From the IMG/VR virus record IMGVR_UViG_2547132271_000006: a stretch of DNA of 12,376 nucleotides. One strand, written 5' to 3'. The notes under the pieces were generated by a model. The model searched no databases. It was given only the letters and a program-made list of their open reading frames with translations, and was not told where the DNA came from. The position numbers and the translations under genes are program-made. Numbering within the stretch: the first letter of the stretch is position 1; each line of letters begins with the position of its first letter. Shown one piece after another: positions 1 through 6,928 of this stretch. The DNA comes from a virus. Taxonomy: Duplodnaviria > Heunggongvirae > Uroviricota > Caudoviricetes.

Positions 1-35
1 GCGCATCAGGCAGTTTTGCGTTTGTCATCAATCTC

Positions 36-68
36 AGCCCGATGATAAATCCATCGGGCTATTTTTTT
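36..68 (+). terminator. Rho-independent terminator of the upstream plus-strand gene, convergent with narP
   Basis: 9-bp stem AGCCCGATG (36-44) / CATCGGGCT (52-60), 7-nt loop, followed by T7 tract 62-68; the narP stop codon lies inside the T tract. Confidence 0.6.
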
Positions 69-714
69 ATTGTGTCCCGCGTTGTTGCAGGAACAGAATG
101 GTGGCCGCCACGCGTGAGCGGACATTGAGTTTACGCAGCAGATTGCGAATGTGCACTTTTACCGTCTGCTCAGAAATATTCAACACCGAGGCAATTTGCT
201 TATTCGACAGCCCTTGCGCCAGTTCGTGCAGAACATCCAGCTCACGCTCCGTCAGCACGCTGAAGGGATCTTCTTCCGCACCGAACATTTCACGCTCGCG
301 TAAGTACTGATTGACGCGTTCGCTAAAGACTTTGCTGCCTTTTGCTCCGGCGCGAATTGCTTCCAGTAATACTTCCGGGTCGCTGTCTTTTAGCAGATAG
401 CCGTCTGCGCCTGCGTCTATCAGTGCAAAGATATCGCTGGAGGCATCTGATACGGTCAGGATAATAATTTGCGCGGTAACGCCATCCCTGCGCAAGGCAT
501 TGAGGGTATCCAGGCCACTCATACCTTTCATATTGAGATCCAGCAAGATAACGTCGATATCCAGTCGATTAGCCAGATCGATAGCACTAGCGCCGTCGCC
601 TGCTTCGGCGACCACTTCAAAACCAGGATCAAGCTCCAGTAACTGACGAACACCGCGTCGCATAAGTGGATGATCATCCACAATCATCACCTGAAAAGGC
701 GTTGCTTCAGGCAT
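67..714 (-). CDS. narP: Nitrate/nitrite response regulator NarP (receiver domain + LuxR-type HTH), 215 aa
   Basis: Track ORF 67..744; N-terminal receiver motifs (VMIVDDHPLMRRG, ILLDLNMKGMSG), C-terminal LuxR/FixJ HTH (LTERELDVLHELAQGLSNKQIASVLNISEQTVKVHIRN); start placed at ATG 714 (MPEATPFQ...) which is preceded by AGGAG at 7-nt spacing, whereas the track start at 744 has no RBS. Confidence 0.9.
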   Translation of the reverse strand: MPEATPFQVMIVDDHPLMRRGVRQLLELDPGFEVVAEAGDGASAIDLANRLDIDVILLDLNMKGMSGLDTLNALRRDGVTAQIIILTVSDASSDIFALIDAGADGYLLKDSDPEVLLEAIRAGAKGSKVFSERVNQYLREREMFGAEEDPFSVLTERELDVLHELAQGLSNKQIASVLNISEQTVKVHIRNLLRKLNVRSRVAATILFLQQRGTQ

Positions 715-851
715 AGTAGTCTCCTGAGGTTTTATTAGAATCATTATGTTTGAGCGTAGCGTTGGTAACGCTACCAGGCGCGTGAATGTTACCCCATTTT
801 ATGTATGGGCATGTAGTAAAACTGCAAGTGAGGGTAGCAAGACAATGCTAT

Positions 852-885
852 GGATATAAAAAAACCAACCGTAAAGGTTGGTTTT
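852..885 (-). terminator. Intrinsic terminator downstream of proL (native chromosome), now separated from the tRNA by the inserted element
   Basis: Perfect 10-bp stem AAAACCAACC (861-870) / GGTTGGTTTT (876-885), loop GTAAA; on the minus strand it is followed by a T-rich tail. Confidence 0.6.
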
Positions 886-897
886 CTTGGGATTTTT

Positions 898-917
898 GGC
901 ACGAGAAGATATGAATT
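898..917. repeat. Degenerate direct repeat of the tRNA-Pro 3' end (distal att remnant of the integrative element)
   Basis: GGCACGAGAAGATATGAATT matches tRNA segment 9428-9447 GGCACGAGAGGATTTGAACC at 17/20 positions, same orientation, directly abutting the proL terminator. Confidence 0.55.
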
Positions 918-970
918 AATGATGTAATCTATTGAATTATAATTAATATTAGTTTCACTAGCCTTGTTTT

Positions 971-993
971 TAGTCCCAAACCTAGTCCCAAAA
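971..993. repeat. Two direct copies of TAGTCCCAAA near the distal element end (putative protein-binding / arm-type sites)
   Basis: TAGTCCCAAA at 971-980 and TAGTCCCAAAA at 983-993; the same motif occurs as a 4-copy dyad upstream of int (9246-9305). Confidence 0.45.
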
Positions 994-1093
994 TGAAAAG
1001 TCACAGCGTTTTTAGAGCAAGATAGAAATACCGATACGGGGATATTTAGAATGCCTCTTGGGCTTGCCACTGTCGGGCTTGCGATGGTTTCCA

Positions 1094-1136
1094 GTGGAAA
1101 CTTTTTGGTAAGTGGAAGCCTCGCTGGAAACTTTTT
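1094..1136. repeat. Direct repeat TGGAAACTTTTT x2, each embedded in a short palindrome (TTTCCAGTGGAAA, CTGGAAACTTTTTTCCAG)
   Basis: Read directly at 1094-1105 and 1125-1136. Confidence 0.4.
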
Positions 1137-1172
1137 TCCAGCCCCTCAAAGGCGCATGGTGACTGGTTTCAT

Positions 1173-1300
1173 ATGCTACGCAGTACTCATACTTTCCGTT
1201 TAGTTTTTGCGTACCTGCGCACCATGCTAAAGCCCCGTCATGGCCTTAGTTTGCCTGTTTGTAACCTTGACATTTCTATACATCGAAGTGCGCAAACACA
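1173..1300. repeat. Copy A of an ~130-bp imperfect direct repeat (non-coding)
   Basis: Aligns with 1556-1690 over its length (shared blocks ACGCAGTA, GTTTTGCGTACCTGCG, ACCATGC, AAAGCC, ATTTCTATA, GTGCGCAAA); indels break any common reading frame. Confidence 0.5.
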
Positions 1301-1360
1301 TCAGGATTTCCCCGGCTCACCTTCAGCAATGGCAAGGTTTTATGCGTGTTCCGGGCTTCG

Positions 1361-1407
1361 TCCGTCCATTTTTTTGGACGGAATTTTGGACGAATTTTTT
1401 GGACGGA
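1361..1407. repeat. CCGTCCA-T7-TGGACGG inverted repeat followed by two further direct TTTTGGACG copies
   Basis: Read directly: tccgtccatttttttggacggaattttggacgaattttttggacgg. Confidence 0.4.
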
Positions 1408-1555
1408 TGAAACGGGGCTAAGGCACTGATATAGCTACGTGATGGGCTAAAGAAATCTTCTGGCAGGTGCGCAAAAACCCTGGCATTTCTAAGCATCATA
1501 CTGCGCAAAAAACCACCAATCCGGTATGCCAGTACGCATCAGATAAGGCTTTGAG

Positions 1556-1690
1556 GCGGTACGCAGTATGCATTATGTTCGTTTCGTTTTGCGTACCTGC
1601 GTACCATGCGCAAAGCCGCTGATACCTGATATTCAGCCCTCTGAAACCTTAATATTTCTATATATCAACGTGCGCAAAAACCTTAACAAA
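1556..1690. repeat. Copy B of the ~130-bp imperfect direct repeat (contains tandem TGCGTACC TGCGTACC)
   Basis: See copy A; also carries GTGCGCAAAAACC, a motif recurring at 1289, 1469 and 1502. Confidence 0.5.
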
Positions 1691-1821
1691 ACTTAACATC
1701 CGGTGCGTACCTTTTTGCGCAGTCCGGCTGCTGGTGGATGACTGGTTTTGACTATCTCCAGAAACAACCAAGGCCGGATAAACCAGCCCTGACTACTGTA
1801 TAAAAACTGTATGCCCGTTGT

Positions 1822-1872
1822 TTGCATGGGGTAGTTTTAAAAAAACTTGCCATCTGATTGCATGGGGTAGTT
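1822..1872. repeat. Perfect 15-bp direct repeat TTGCATGGGGTAGTT x2
   Basis: Copies at 1822-1836 and 1858-1872, separated by an A-rich spacer. Confidence 0.45.
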
Positions 1873-1912
1873 CTCGCAAATACCCCCTTATGCCGTTTTC
1901 AGTGCGGGAGCG

Positions 1913-2083
1913 TCATACAGTCCAGGGTTCAGCCCGGGAAGAAGCGGCGCTTTTTGATGCCGCCCGACGGTCTGGCAGCGGGCGCGAACGCTGCTTTGCA
2001 CGAAATAGCTTTTCCGCACGCGCCATTGAACATCCCTTCTTTTCGCTGATTTTAGTGATTTCCATGTAATCGAAAAAACGCAT
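1913..2083 (-). CDS. Hypothetical small basic protein (56 aa, MRFFDYMEITKISEKKGCSMARAEKLFRAKQRSRPLPDRRAASKSAASSRAEPWTV); not in the supplied ORF track (<60 aa)
   Basis: ATG at 2083 preceded by AGGAAGG with a 6-nt spacer (strong RBS); in-frame TGA at 1913-1915; lies immediately downstream of the iteron array. Confidence 0.3.
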   Translation of the reverse strand: MRFFDYMEITKISEKKGCSMARAEKLFRAKQRSRPLPDRRAASKSAASSRAEPWTV

Positions 2084-2207
2084 TGTTTACCTTCCTGTTG
2101 TTCTGGTTGTTTGCCGGATGCCTGATTTTACCAGATACCCGCCAGGCGAGCTTTCCGGCTTTCAAACCTGAAATTCAGGAAAAATTATCTCTATATATAC
2201 AAAAGGG

Positions 2208-2496
2208 TGTTGTCCCTGTTGTCCCGGTTGGCCCAAAAGATGTAACGAACTGATTTTATTGAAATTGATTTTTAATTGTGGGACAACATGCCAGCATTGT
2301 GGGACAACATGCCCTGTTTCTGTGTTGTCCCACAATACTGGCTGGTGAATGTTGTCCCAAAACTCCCTGACGTTGTCCCAAAATTGCCGCATGTTGTCCC
2401 AGAAACACGCTGTGTTGTCCCATAATTACCTGATGATATCTCTAAATAACAGTATGTTACTCAGAAAATCTCTTCTCTGGGACAACCGGGACAACA
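2208..2496. repeat. Iteron array: 12 copies of 9-mer TGTTGTCCC / GGGACAACA (putative replication origin of the element)
   Basis: Direct copies at 2208, 2217, 2226 (degenerate), 2323, 2350, 2371 (CGTTGTCCC), 2392, 2413; inverted copies at 2280, 2301, 2479, 2488; exact 21-bp phasing at 2350/2371/2392/2413 and 2280/2301; located just 3' of the replication gene. Confidence 0.65.
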
Positions 2497-2517
2497 TCTT
2501 TTACGCGCACGTATGAA

Positions 2518-4659
2518 TTATCCGGCTTCTTCTTCCTCCTGTTCAGGTGCGAAAAGCAGGATATATGCACGTTGCCGGGCGTTATTCTGATGTTTCAGAC
2601 GCGGTGTTCTGCCCTGCCAGCCTCTGCCACTGGTGGGTTTCTTAAGCATCCCGGCATCATGCAGTACCTGCGCCACCGCGTCCTTGTTAAAGCCTCTGGC
2701 AACGTGTTCTTTAAACGGTGCCGGAAGCACGTAAAACAACATCGGGTCATCATACCGTTCGCCCTTGTCCCGGTAGCCCATCAGCTCACTAATGGGAAAA
2801 TCTCGCGGATCATAATCCACGGGTGCAAATTTGCTCATGCCCCAGGCGTTAAGAAATGCCACTGCCTGTTCTGCAATCTGCTGGTGTTCTTTGTTCCCGG
2901 TGCCAAACTCTTTCACCCAGGCATTAAAGCTGCGCTGTATCGCATCCCGGCACCCCTGCGCATCCCATCCGGTGATATGGCCTGACAGCACCAGCGCCGC
3001 TTCCATGATGGCGAATCGCTCCCCGACGCGGTGGACCTGCTCGCCGTAGTTGTCCGGGATAAGTCCGCGCCAGCGTTCCCTTGCGGCTTCTGTGGCCTCC
3101 CTCGCTGCCTGCTGGTGGTCTGCCAGCCAGAGCACCCACTCACGCCCTGCGGTGCCATGATGCGCCATACAGGCCGCTCTGAGCGCATCAGCATGAGCTT
3201 TACCGGACGGCATCCCGTGAAATTCCGTGGCCTTCTCCAGTGGCACATTAAGCAGGCGCACCAGTTGCCCCGCTTTGGGCTTCATGCCTGCGGCTGCAAG
3301 AAAGGTTTCTATGTCCATTTCTCCGGTACTGATGGCGACAGTTCGCCAGCGTTTAAGCTCCCGGTTACCGCCTTCCTTTGCGCCCTGTAGTTTCCCCACA
3401 CCGTTAAACAGCGTATAGGCAGACGTTGCCACGGCGCGGGCATCACTGCCCTGACCAACCTCATCCAGTGGCATCAGGCCGTCATTGTGCGCCTGTGCTT
3501 CGTTAGCAATACCCAGCGCAGTACCGTACCAGGTGAGGCGCAGTAAATCCGGGTTACCGTACAGACTGCTGGCGATGTTTGCCGTGGTGGTTTTCCCGGC
3601 GCTGGACTGCTGGAAGAAATGGACGCCGAAGCCATCCGCACCCACCAGCCCGACCAGTGGCGCGGCAAGTGCTGCCGCCACGCCCAGCATCATGGAAGGA
3701 TTACCCGCCACCAGCGCGGCGACGTTCTCCCGCCAGCTCTGCGCCGTTCCTGCACAGGTGTAACCGGAAGCCGTCGCGCTGTGACCGTAAAACAGGACCT
3801 TCCGGCCCGCCTCGCCGATGATTTCCCCGTCCGGCATGATGTATGCGCCGTGCTGCCATCCGGTCAGGCTGGTGATGTGCCAGAGTTCCCCTGTACCACT
3901 GCGCAACAGGTGATCGGCAAGGATGGCGCGAAAGTTATTTTTAGCCGTGACAGAAAGCCCACCAGCACGTAACCGCGACCAGCCTTCACGCTCGCCAGTA
4001 TCACGCATGGGTATCGCTTCGGTGTGTGCTGTACGCGCGCCTGCGGGCTTCCAGCGCAGAACAAGAAACCGCTCGGACTCATCCGCGCCAATGCCCACCA
4101 CCTCAAGCGGATCACACAACCACTGACCGGGGCGGGTAACTTCCCCGGTCTGCTTATCAATCTTTGGCGTTACCCAGTACAGACCGTCAGGGCGGGCCTC
4201 CACACAGGGGGCCAGCTCATCCACCGGCGCAGGTTTGCCCTCTGCCCGTAGTACCTCTTCCACCAGGCTTTCTTCCCCGCGTTCGTGCTGTTCGCGTATC
4301 CGGTTCAGGTAGTCGCGCCAGTCTTCCGGGTGCTGGTCAGGTATCCCCCTGTATAACTTCGCTTCCTGTACGCCCGCCAGCGCCAGCTTTTCAGCAATGG
4401 CATTAATCTGAATGGGCTTAATATCTCCGGCATGATAGAGGCGGGCGTACTTACACCCGTTATCGATAATGCGCAGGTTCGCCAGGTCTGCCAGTTGCTT
4501 TGGCCCCAGCCAGACAGGCGGCGTTTTATCTGCGGCAATTTTTAATCCCCAGTCCTCTTCCCATGTCTTAGCGTGAGCGAAGGCATCAGCCCCGGCAAAG
4601 ATAACCACCTCAACATGTTTATCTTTCGGTTGATGCTTAAGGTTCGGTGCGTTCTTCAT
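2518..4659 (-). CDS. Replication initiation protein, primase/helicase-like P-loop NTPase (P4 alpha-type / DUF927-like), 713 aa
   Basis: Track ORF; Walker A-like FQQSSAGKTTT, Walker B-like MPLDEVGQGS, acidic C-terminal tail; GAGG RBS 7 nt upstream of ATG; start overlaps upstream ORF stop (ATGA). Confidence 0.7.
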   Translation of the reverse strand: MKNAPNLKHQPKDKHVEVVIFAGADAFAHAKTWEEDWGLKIAADKTPPVWLGPKQLADLANLRIIDNGCKYARLYHAGDIKPIQINAIAEKLALAGVQEAKLYRGIPDQHPEDWRDYLNRIREQHERGEESLVEEVLRAEGKPAPVDELAPCVEARPDGLYWVTPKIDKQTGEVTRPGQWLCDPLEVVGIGADESERFLVLRWKPAGARTAHTEAIPMRDTGEREGWSRLRAGGLSVTAKNNFRAILADHLLRSGTGELWHITSLTGWQHGAYIMPDGEIIGEAGRKVLFYGHSATASGYTCAGTAQSWRENVAALVAGNPSMMLGVAAALAAPLVGLVGADGFGVHFFQQSSAGKTTTANIASSLYGNPDLLRLTWYGTALGIANEAQAHNDGLMPLDEVGQGSDARAVATSAYTLFNGVGKLQGAKEGGNRELKRWRTVAISTGEMDIETFLAAAGMKPKAGQLVRLLNVPLEKATEFHGMPSGKAHADALRAACMAHHGTAGREWVLWLADHQQAAREATEAARERWRGLIPDNYGEQVHRVGERFAIMEAALVLSGHITGWDAQGCRDAIQRSFNAWVKEFGTGNKEHQQIAEQAVAFLNAWGMSKFAPVDYDPRDFPISELMGYRDKGERYDDPMLFYVLPAPFKEHVARGFNKDAVAQVLHDAGMLKKPTSGRGWQGRTPRLKHQNNARQRAYILLFAPEQEEEEAG

Positions 4660-4898
4660 TCCACCGCCTCCCTGCGGGTGGCAGCCAGTGCCACGGCATC
4701 GCGGGTAAACTCCCGGTGAAAGCGATCCACCGGATATACGCAGGGGTGAGAGTAGCCATCACGGATATATGTCACGCGGTTGAACTGATTCCCGGTAATC
4801 ACTACCGCACACCCGGATTTGTCGCGCCATTTATCGCCAGGGCGAATTTCGGGTAAAGCCTGCCCGCTGGCAGGAATGCCAGTTATTTTCTTGGCCAT
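4656..4898 (-). CDS. Hypothetical protein, 80 aa, translationally coupled to the primase gene
   Basis: Track ORF; stop TGA overlaps primase ATG; only a weak RBS. Confidence 0.5.
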   Translation of the reverse strand: MAKKITGIPASGQALPEIRPGDKWRDKSGCAVVITGNQFNRVTYIRDGYSHPCVYPVDRFHREFTRDAVALAATRREAVE

Positions 4899-4910
4899 TA
4901 TTTTTTCGCC

Positions 4911-5108
4911 TTATGCTGCTGGTGGTGTAACGGTAAATCCGGCTATTTTTGCCGCTTCCAGAAAACCGTCCAGGTTACTGACAAACTCATTCTTCTGTAG
5001 CGTATAGCCGCCTGTGGCAGTGCCTTTTTCCACGCTAACCAGGACAAGCCCGGTGAAGTCCGGTCGCGCCGGAATGGTAACCGTGAAGGTCAGGGAGTGA
5101 TTACGCAT
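4911..5108 (-). CDS. Hypothetical protein, 65 aa (MRNHSLTFTVTIPARPDFTG...)
   Basis: Internal ATG of track ORF 4911..5222, chosen because it is preceded by GGAGG at 6-nt spacing and overlaps the upstream stop codon by 8 nt. Confidence 0.5.
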   Translation of the reverse strand: MRNHSLTFTVTIPARPDFTGLVLVSVEKGTATGGYTLQKNEFVSNLDGFLEAAKIAGFTVTPPAA

Positions 5109-5643
5109 GGTCTGCCTCCACATACGCGACACCCGCCACATCAAGCGCCTGTTTAAAACGGCAAAGCATTTCACGGCGTTCGCGGTACAGGGCCAGCACG
5201 AAGGGATCGAGTGTGGCTTCAATTTCGGCAGGATAACGACGGACGAAAGGCAGAAGGACGACGCCCTGACAGCGGTGTGGCGTGGTGGATTTCACCTGGT
5301 CAGCCAGCATATTCACCAGGTCATGTAACAGCCCGGTAAGCGGCTGGATCATGTCACGGGGCAATGTATCAGCCACCAGCGCCTTTGCCAGCGTGAGGCA
5401 GTATTCCAGCGTCAGGCTTTCATCAGGCCAGTACTCTGACAGATCGGATGCGGTATTGTCCGGCAGGGTAAGCACCGGATCCGCATGGTAGGCCGCTGTC
5501 AGTGCCTCCAGTGATGTGACAAGGTATTTGCACATCGCCCGGTGTTCCGTGCTGCTGCGGTATTCCATCAGCCCGCACACCAGCGCGGCGCACTCACCCG
5601 CCAGATGAAACAGCTCAACTCCTGCGGGGATCGGCTTATTCAT
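5101..5643 (-). CDS. Hypothetical protein, 180 aa (MNKPIPAGVELFHLAGECAALVCGLMEY...)
   Basis: C-terminal portion of track ORF 5101..6273; ATG at 5643 overlaps the stop of the upstream 65-aa gene; protein-like composition unlike the sequence upstream in that frame. Confidence 0.55.
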   Translation of the reverse strand: MNKPIPAGVELFHLAGECAALVCGLMEYRSSTEHRAMCKYLVTSLEALTAAYHADPVLTLPDNTASDLSEYWPDESLTLEYCLTLAKALVADTLPRDMIQPLTGLLHDLVNMLADQVKSTTPHRCQGVVLLPFVRRYPAEIEATLDPFVLALYRERREMLCRFKQALDVAGVAYVEADHA

Positions 5644-5833
5644 GATGCGCCCCCGTAGCGGGCAGGCGACCCGCAAAGAAGCAGACATTTTCCCGTGCAA
5701 GCTGGCGACGGGCTTCACGTTCGCTGGTGGCGGTAATGTGATGGATTGTTGCGGTAATGGTCGGGCAGTCGCGGCGAACGGCAGCGATAAGCCAGACGAA
5801 TTGCGGGCAGAACGGGGTGAGGGTAGTAGCCAT
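5636..5833 (-). CDS. Hypothetical small Cys/His-containing protein, 65 aa (MATTLTPFCPQFVWLIAAVRRDCPTITATIHHITATSEREARRQLARENVCFFAGRLPATGAHHE)
   Basis: Track ORF; strong RBS AAGGAGG 7 nt upstream of ATG; stop overlaps next gene's start. Confidence 0.6.
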   Translation of the reverse strand: MATTLTPFCPQFVWLIAAVRRDCPTITATIHHITATSEREARRQLARENVCFFAGRLPATGAHHE

Positions 5834-5843
5834 AAGGCAGCCT

Positions 5844-5930
5844 CCTTTGTGTTTAAGGAGTCACCGCCTGAGTTCTCACGCTCATAAGGGGCGGTGACGC
5901 TGGCGGGGGTGAGAAAACCGGACACAAAGG
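5844..5930 (-). promoter_or_regulatory. Structured mRNA leader: nested 9-bp inverted repeats able to sequester the RBS of the 65-aa gene
   Basis: Plus-strand CCTTTGTGT (5844-5852) vs ACACAAAGG (5922-5930); inner GTCACCGCC (5860-5868) vs GGCGGTGAC (5890-5898); the outer arm overlaps the AAGGAGG Shine-Dalgarno. Confidence 0.4.
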
Positions 5931-6004
5931 GAACCGGCCAGCCCGAAGGCTGCCCCACCAGCGCCACCATTGATACGGTCTGTTTTGCGGGTATGCGCTG
6001 GCAC

Positions 6005-6037
6005 GACACAAAAAAAGACGCTTTCGGCGTCTGTGTC
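6005..6037 (-). terminator. Intrinsic terminator inside the same-strand gene cluster, between the alpA-side genes and the replication operon
   Basis: Minus strand reads GACACAGACGCCGAAAGCGTCTTTTTTTGTGTC: 6-bp stem AGACGC/GCGTCT, loop CGAAA, T7 tail. Confidence 0.55.
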
Positions 6038-6039
6038 GC

Positions 6040-6273
6040 CTTTGTGTTAAACGGGTTCTCACGCCCGGCTGTGGATTTTGCCACAACGGGAATACTGTAA
6101 ATCCTGTTCAGGGAGGCAGGCAAGCGGTTTTTATTTTTTCCGGTGTCAGGTTTTGACAGGTTGTTGCCAGCCAGGATAACGAAAATATCGCGCTTGTCTG
6201 CGGTTAAAATACGCTTCTGGCTGGTGGCAGGGTGAGCGATGCCCTGACCGTGAAGGTCATTAATTGATTTCAT
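6040..6273 (-). CDS. ORF of unclear status (MKSINDLHGQGIAHPATSQKRILTADKRDIFVILAGNNLSKPDTG...): plausible coding start, 3' end cannot be called
   Basis: ATG at 6273 with AGGA upstream and E. coli-like codon choice in the first ~70 codons, but the frame stays open through the terminator hairpin and on to 5101; possibly a frameshifted pseudogene or an untranslated leader. Confidence 0.25.
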
Positions 6274-6287
6274 TATTTCAGTTCCTG

Positions 6288-6719
6288 TCAGGCAGCGTTC
6301 TGGTTATCCGGGTACATCATGAGGATGCTTTCGATGGTCTCCGGGGAAAGGCTCCCGTAGCCACCAGTACTGGCGCACTGATTGACCAGTTTAATGACCT
6401 TAAGCACATCCGCACGGCAGGCAAAGCGGTAGCGAAGATGCGCCCCTATGCCATCGGCATTGGCTTCTTCTGAACGCGCCAGGCAGATATCAAGGCGGCG
6501 CTCCAGTTCACTGGCGTAATTGCGGCCTGATGAAAGATGGCAGTGGCGCAGAATATCGTTTTCAGTCCAGCCACCAGCACCAGTGCAAAGCATATAAACG
6601 CGGGCGCGGTGCTTCTTCGGTGTGCGTCTCGCTTGTGTGCGGCTGGTGGTGGGGATAACATCAGACGGGCGAATATCTGTGTTAGCCGCCTGCTGTTCGG
6701 GGCGGTTTTCTTTTTTCAT
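6288..6719 (-). CDS. Hypothetical protein, 143 aa, basic low-complexity N-terminus; translationally coupled to alpA
   Basis: Track ORF; GAGG RBS; ATG overlaps the alpA stop (ATGA). Confidence 0.65.
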   Translation of the reverse strand: MKKENRPEQQAANTDIRPSDVIPTTSRTQARRTPKKHRARVYMLCTGAGGWTENDILRHCHLSSGRNYASELERRLDICLARSEEANADGIGAHLRYRFACRADVLKVIKLVNQCASTGGYGSLSPETIESILMMYPDNQNAA

Positions 6720-6928
6720 TGCGCCACCTCGCCGCGTGATTCAAATACACGATCATTTATCCATTTATTAACTTCGTCTTCAAACCAACCAACACGGCGT
6801 AGGCCAATGCGAAATCCTCGCGGAAATTCGCCAGCGTTAATCATCTCCTGAAATGCGCTATCTGATTTAATGCGTAAAATCATTTTTACTTCTTTTTTGA
6901 GAAGGATCTTTCTTTCTTCTGATGTCAT
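6716..6928 (-). CDS. alpA: AlpA-family small DNA-binding regulator (phage/island transcriptional regulator, excisionase-like), 70 aa
   Basis: Pattern LLKKEVKMILRIKSDSAFQEMINAGEFPRGFRIGLRRVGWFEDEVNKWI fits the AlpA/MerR-like HTH family; the track start at 6946 is a TTG codon, the first ATG is at 6928. Confidence 0.7.
   Translation of the reverse strand: MTSEERKILLKKEVKMILRIKSDSAFQEMINAGEFPRGFRIGLRRVGWFEDEVNKWINDRVFESRGEVAQ

Noticed and set aside
98-310. 70-aa plus-strand ORF antisense to narP
   Set aside because: Embedded within narP on the opposite strand; no RBS.
789-1070. Track ORF (93 aa, minus strand)
   Set aside because: Spans the proL terminator, the att remnant and AT-rich repeat DNA; low-complexity translation and no RBS.
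1051-1203. 50-aa hydrophobic ORF on the plus strand (MPLGLATVGLAMVSSGNFLVSGSLAGNFFPAPQRRMVTGFICYAVLILSV)
   Set aside because: Weak RBS, and its internal peptide repeats derive from the TGGAAACTTTTT DNA repeats; cannot be supported without conservation data.
1818-2069. Track ORFs 1818..2069 and 1858..2049 on the plus strand
   Set aside because: No RBS, generated in part by the 15-bp direct repeat, and antisense to the better-supported 56-aa minus-strand ORF.
2162-2392. Track ORF (76 aa, minus strand) with repeated WDN motifs
   Set aside because: It is an artefact of translating the TGTTGTCCC/GGGACAACA iteron array; the periodic peptide repeats mirror the DNA repeats and there is no RBS.
2208-2496. 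Possible CRISPR array
   Set aside because: Repeats are only 9 bp with ~12-bp spacers, occur in both orientations, and no cas genes are present; the pattern fits origin iterons instead.
2572-4538. Multiple antisense or out-of-frame track ORFs inside the primase gene (e.g. 2572..2985, 3031..3390, 3619..3972, 4305..4538)
   Set aside because: Typical stop-poor alternative frames of a GC-rich coding region; Arg/Pro/Ser-rich low-complexity translations; no RBS.
5853-6086. 77-aa minus-strand ORF (Arg-rich) across the terminator and leader region
   Set aside because: Extremely Arg/Trp-rich nonsense-like translation overlapping an intrinsic terminator hairpin; the region is better explained as a structured leader RNA.
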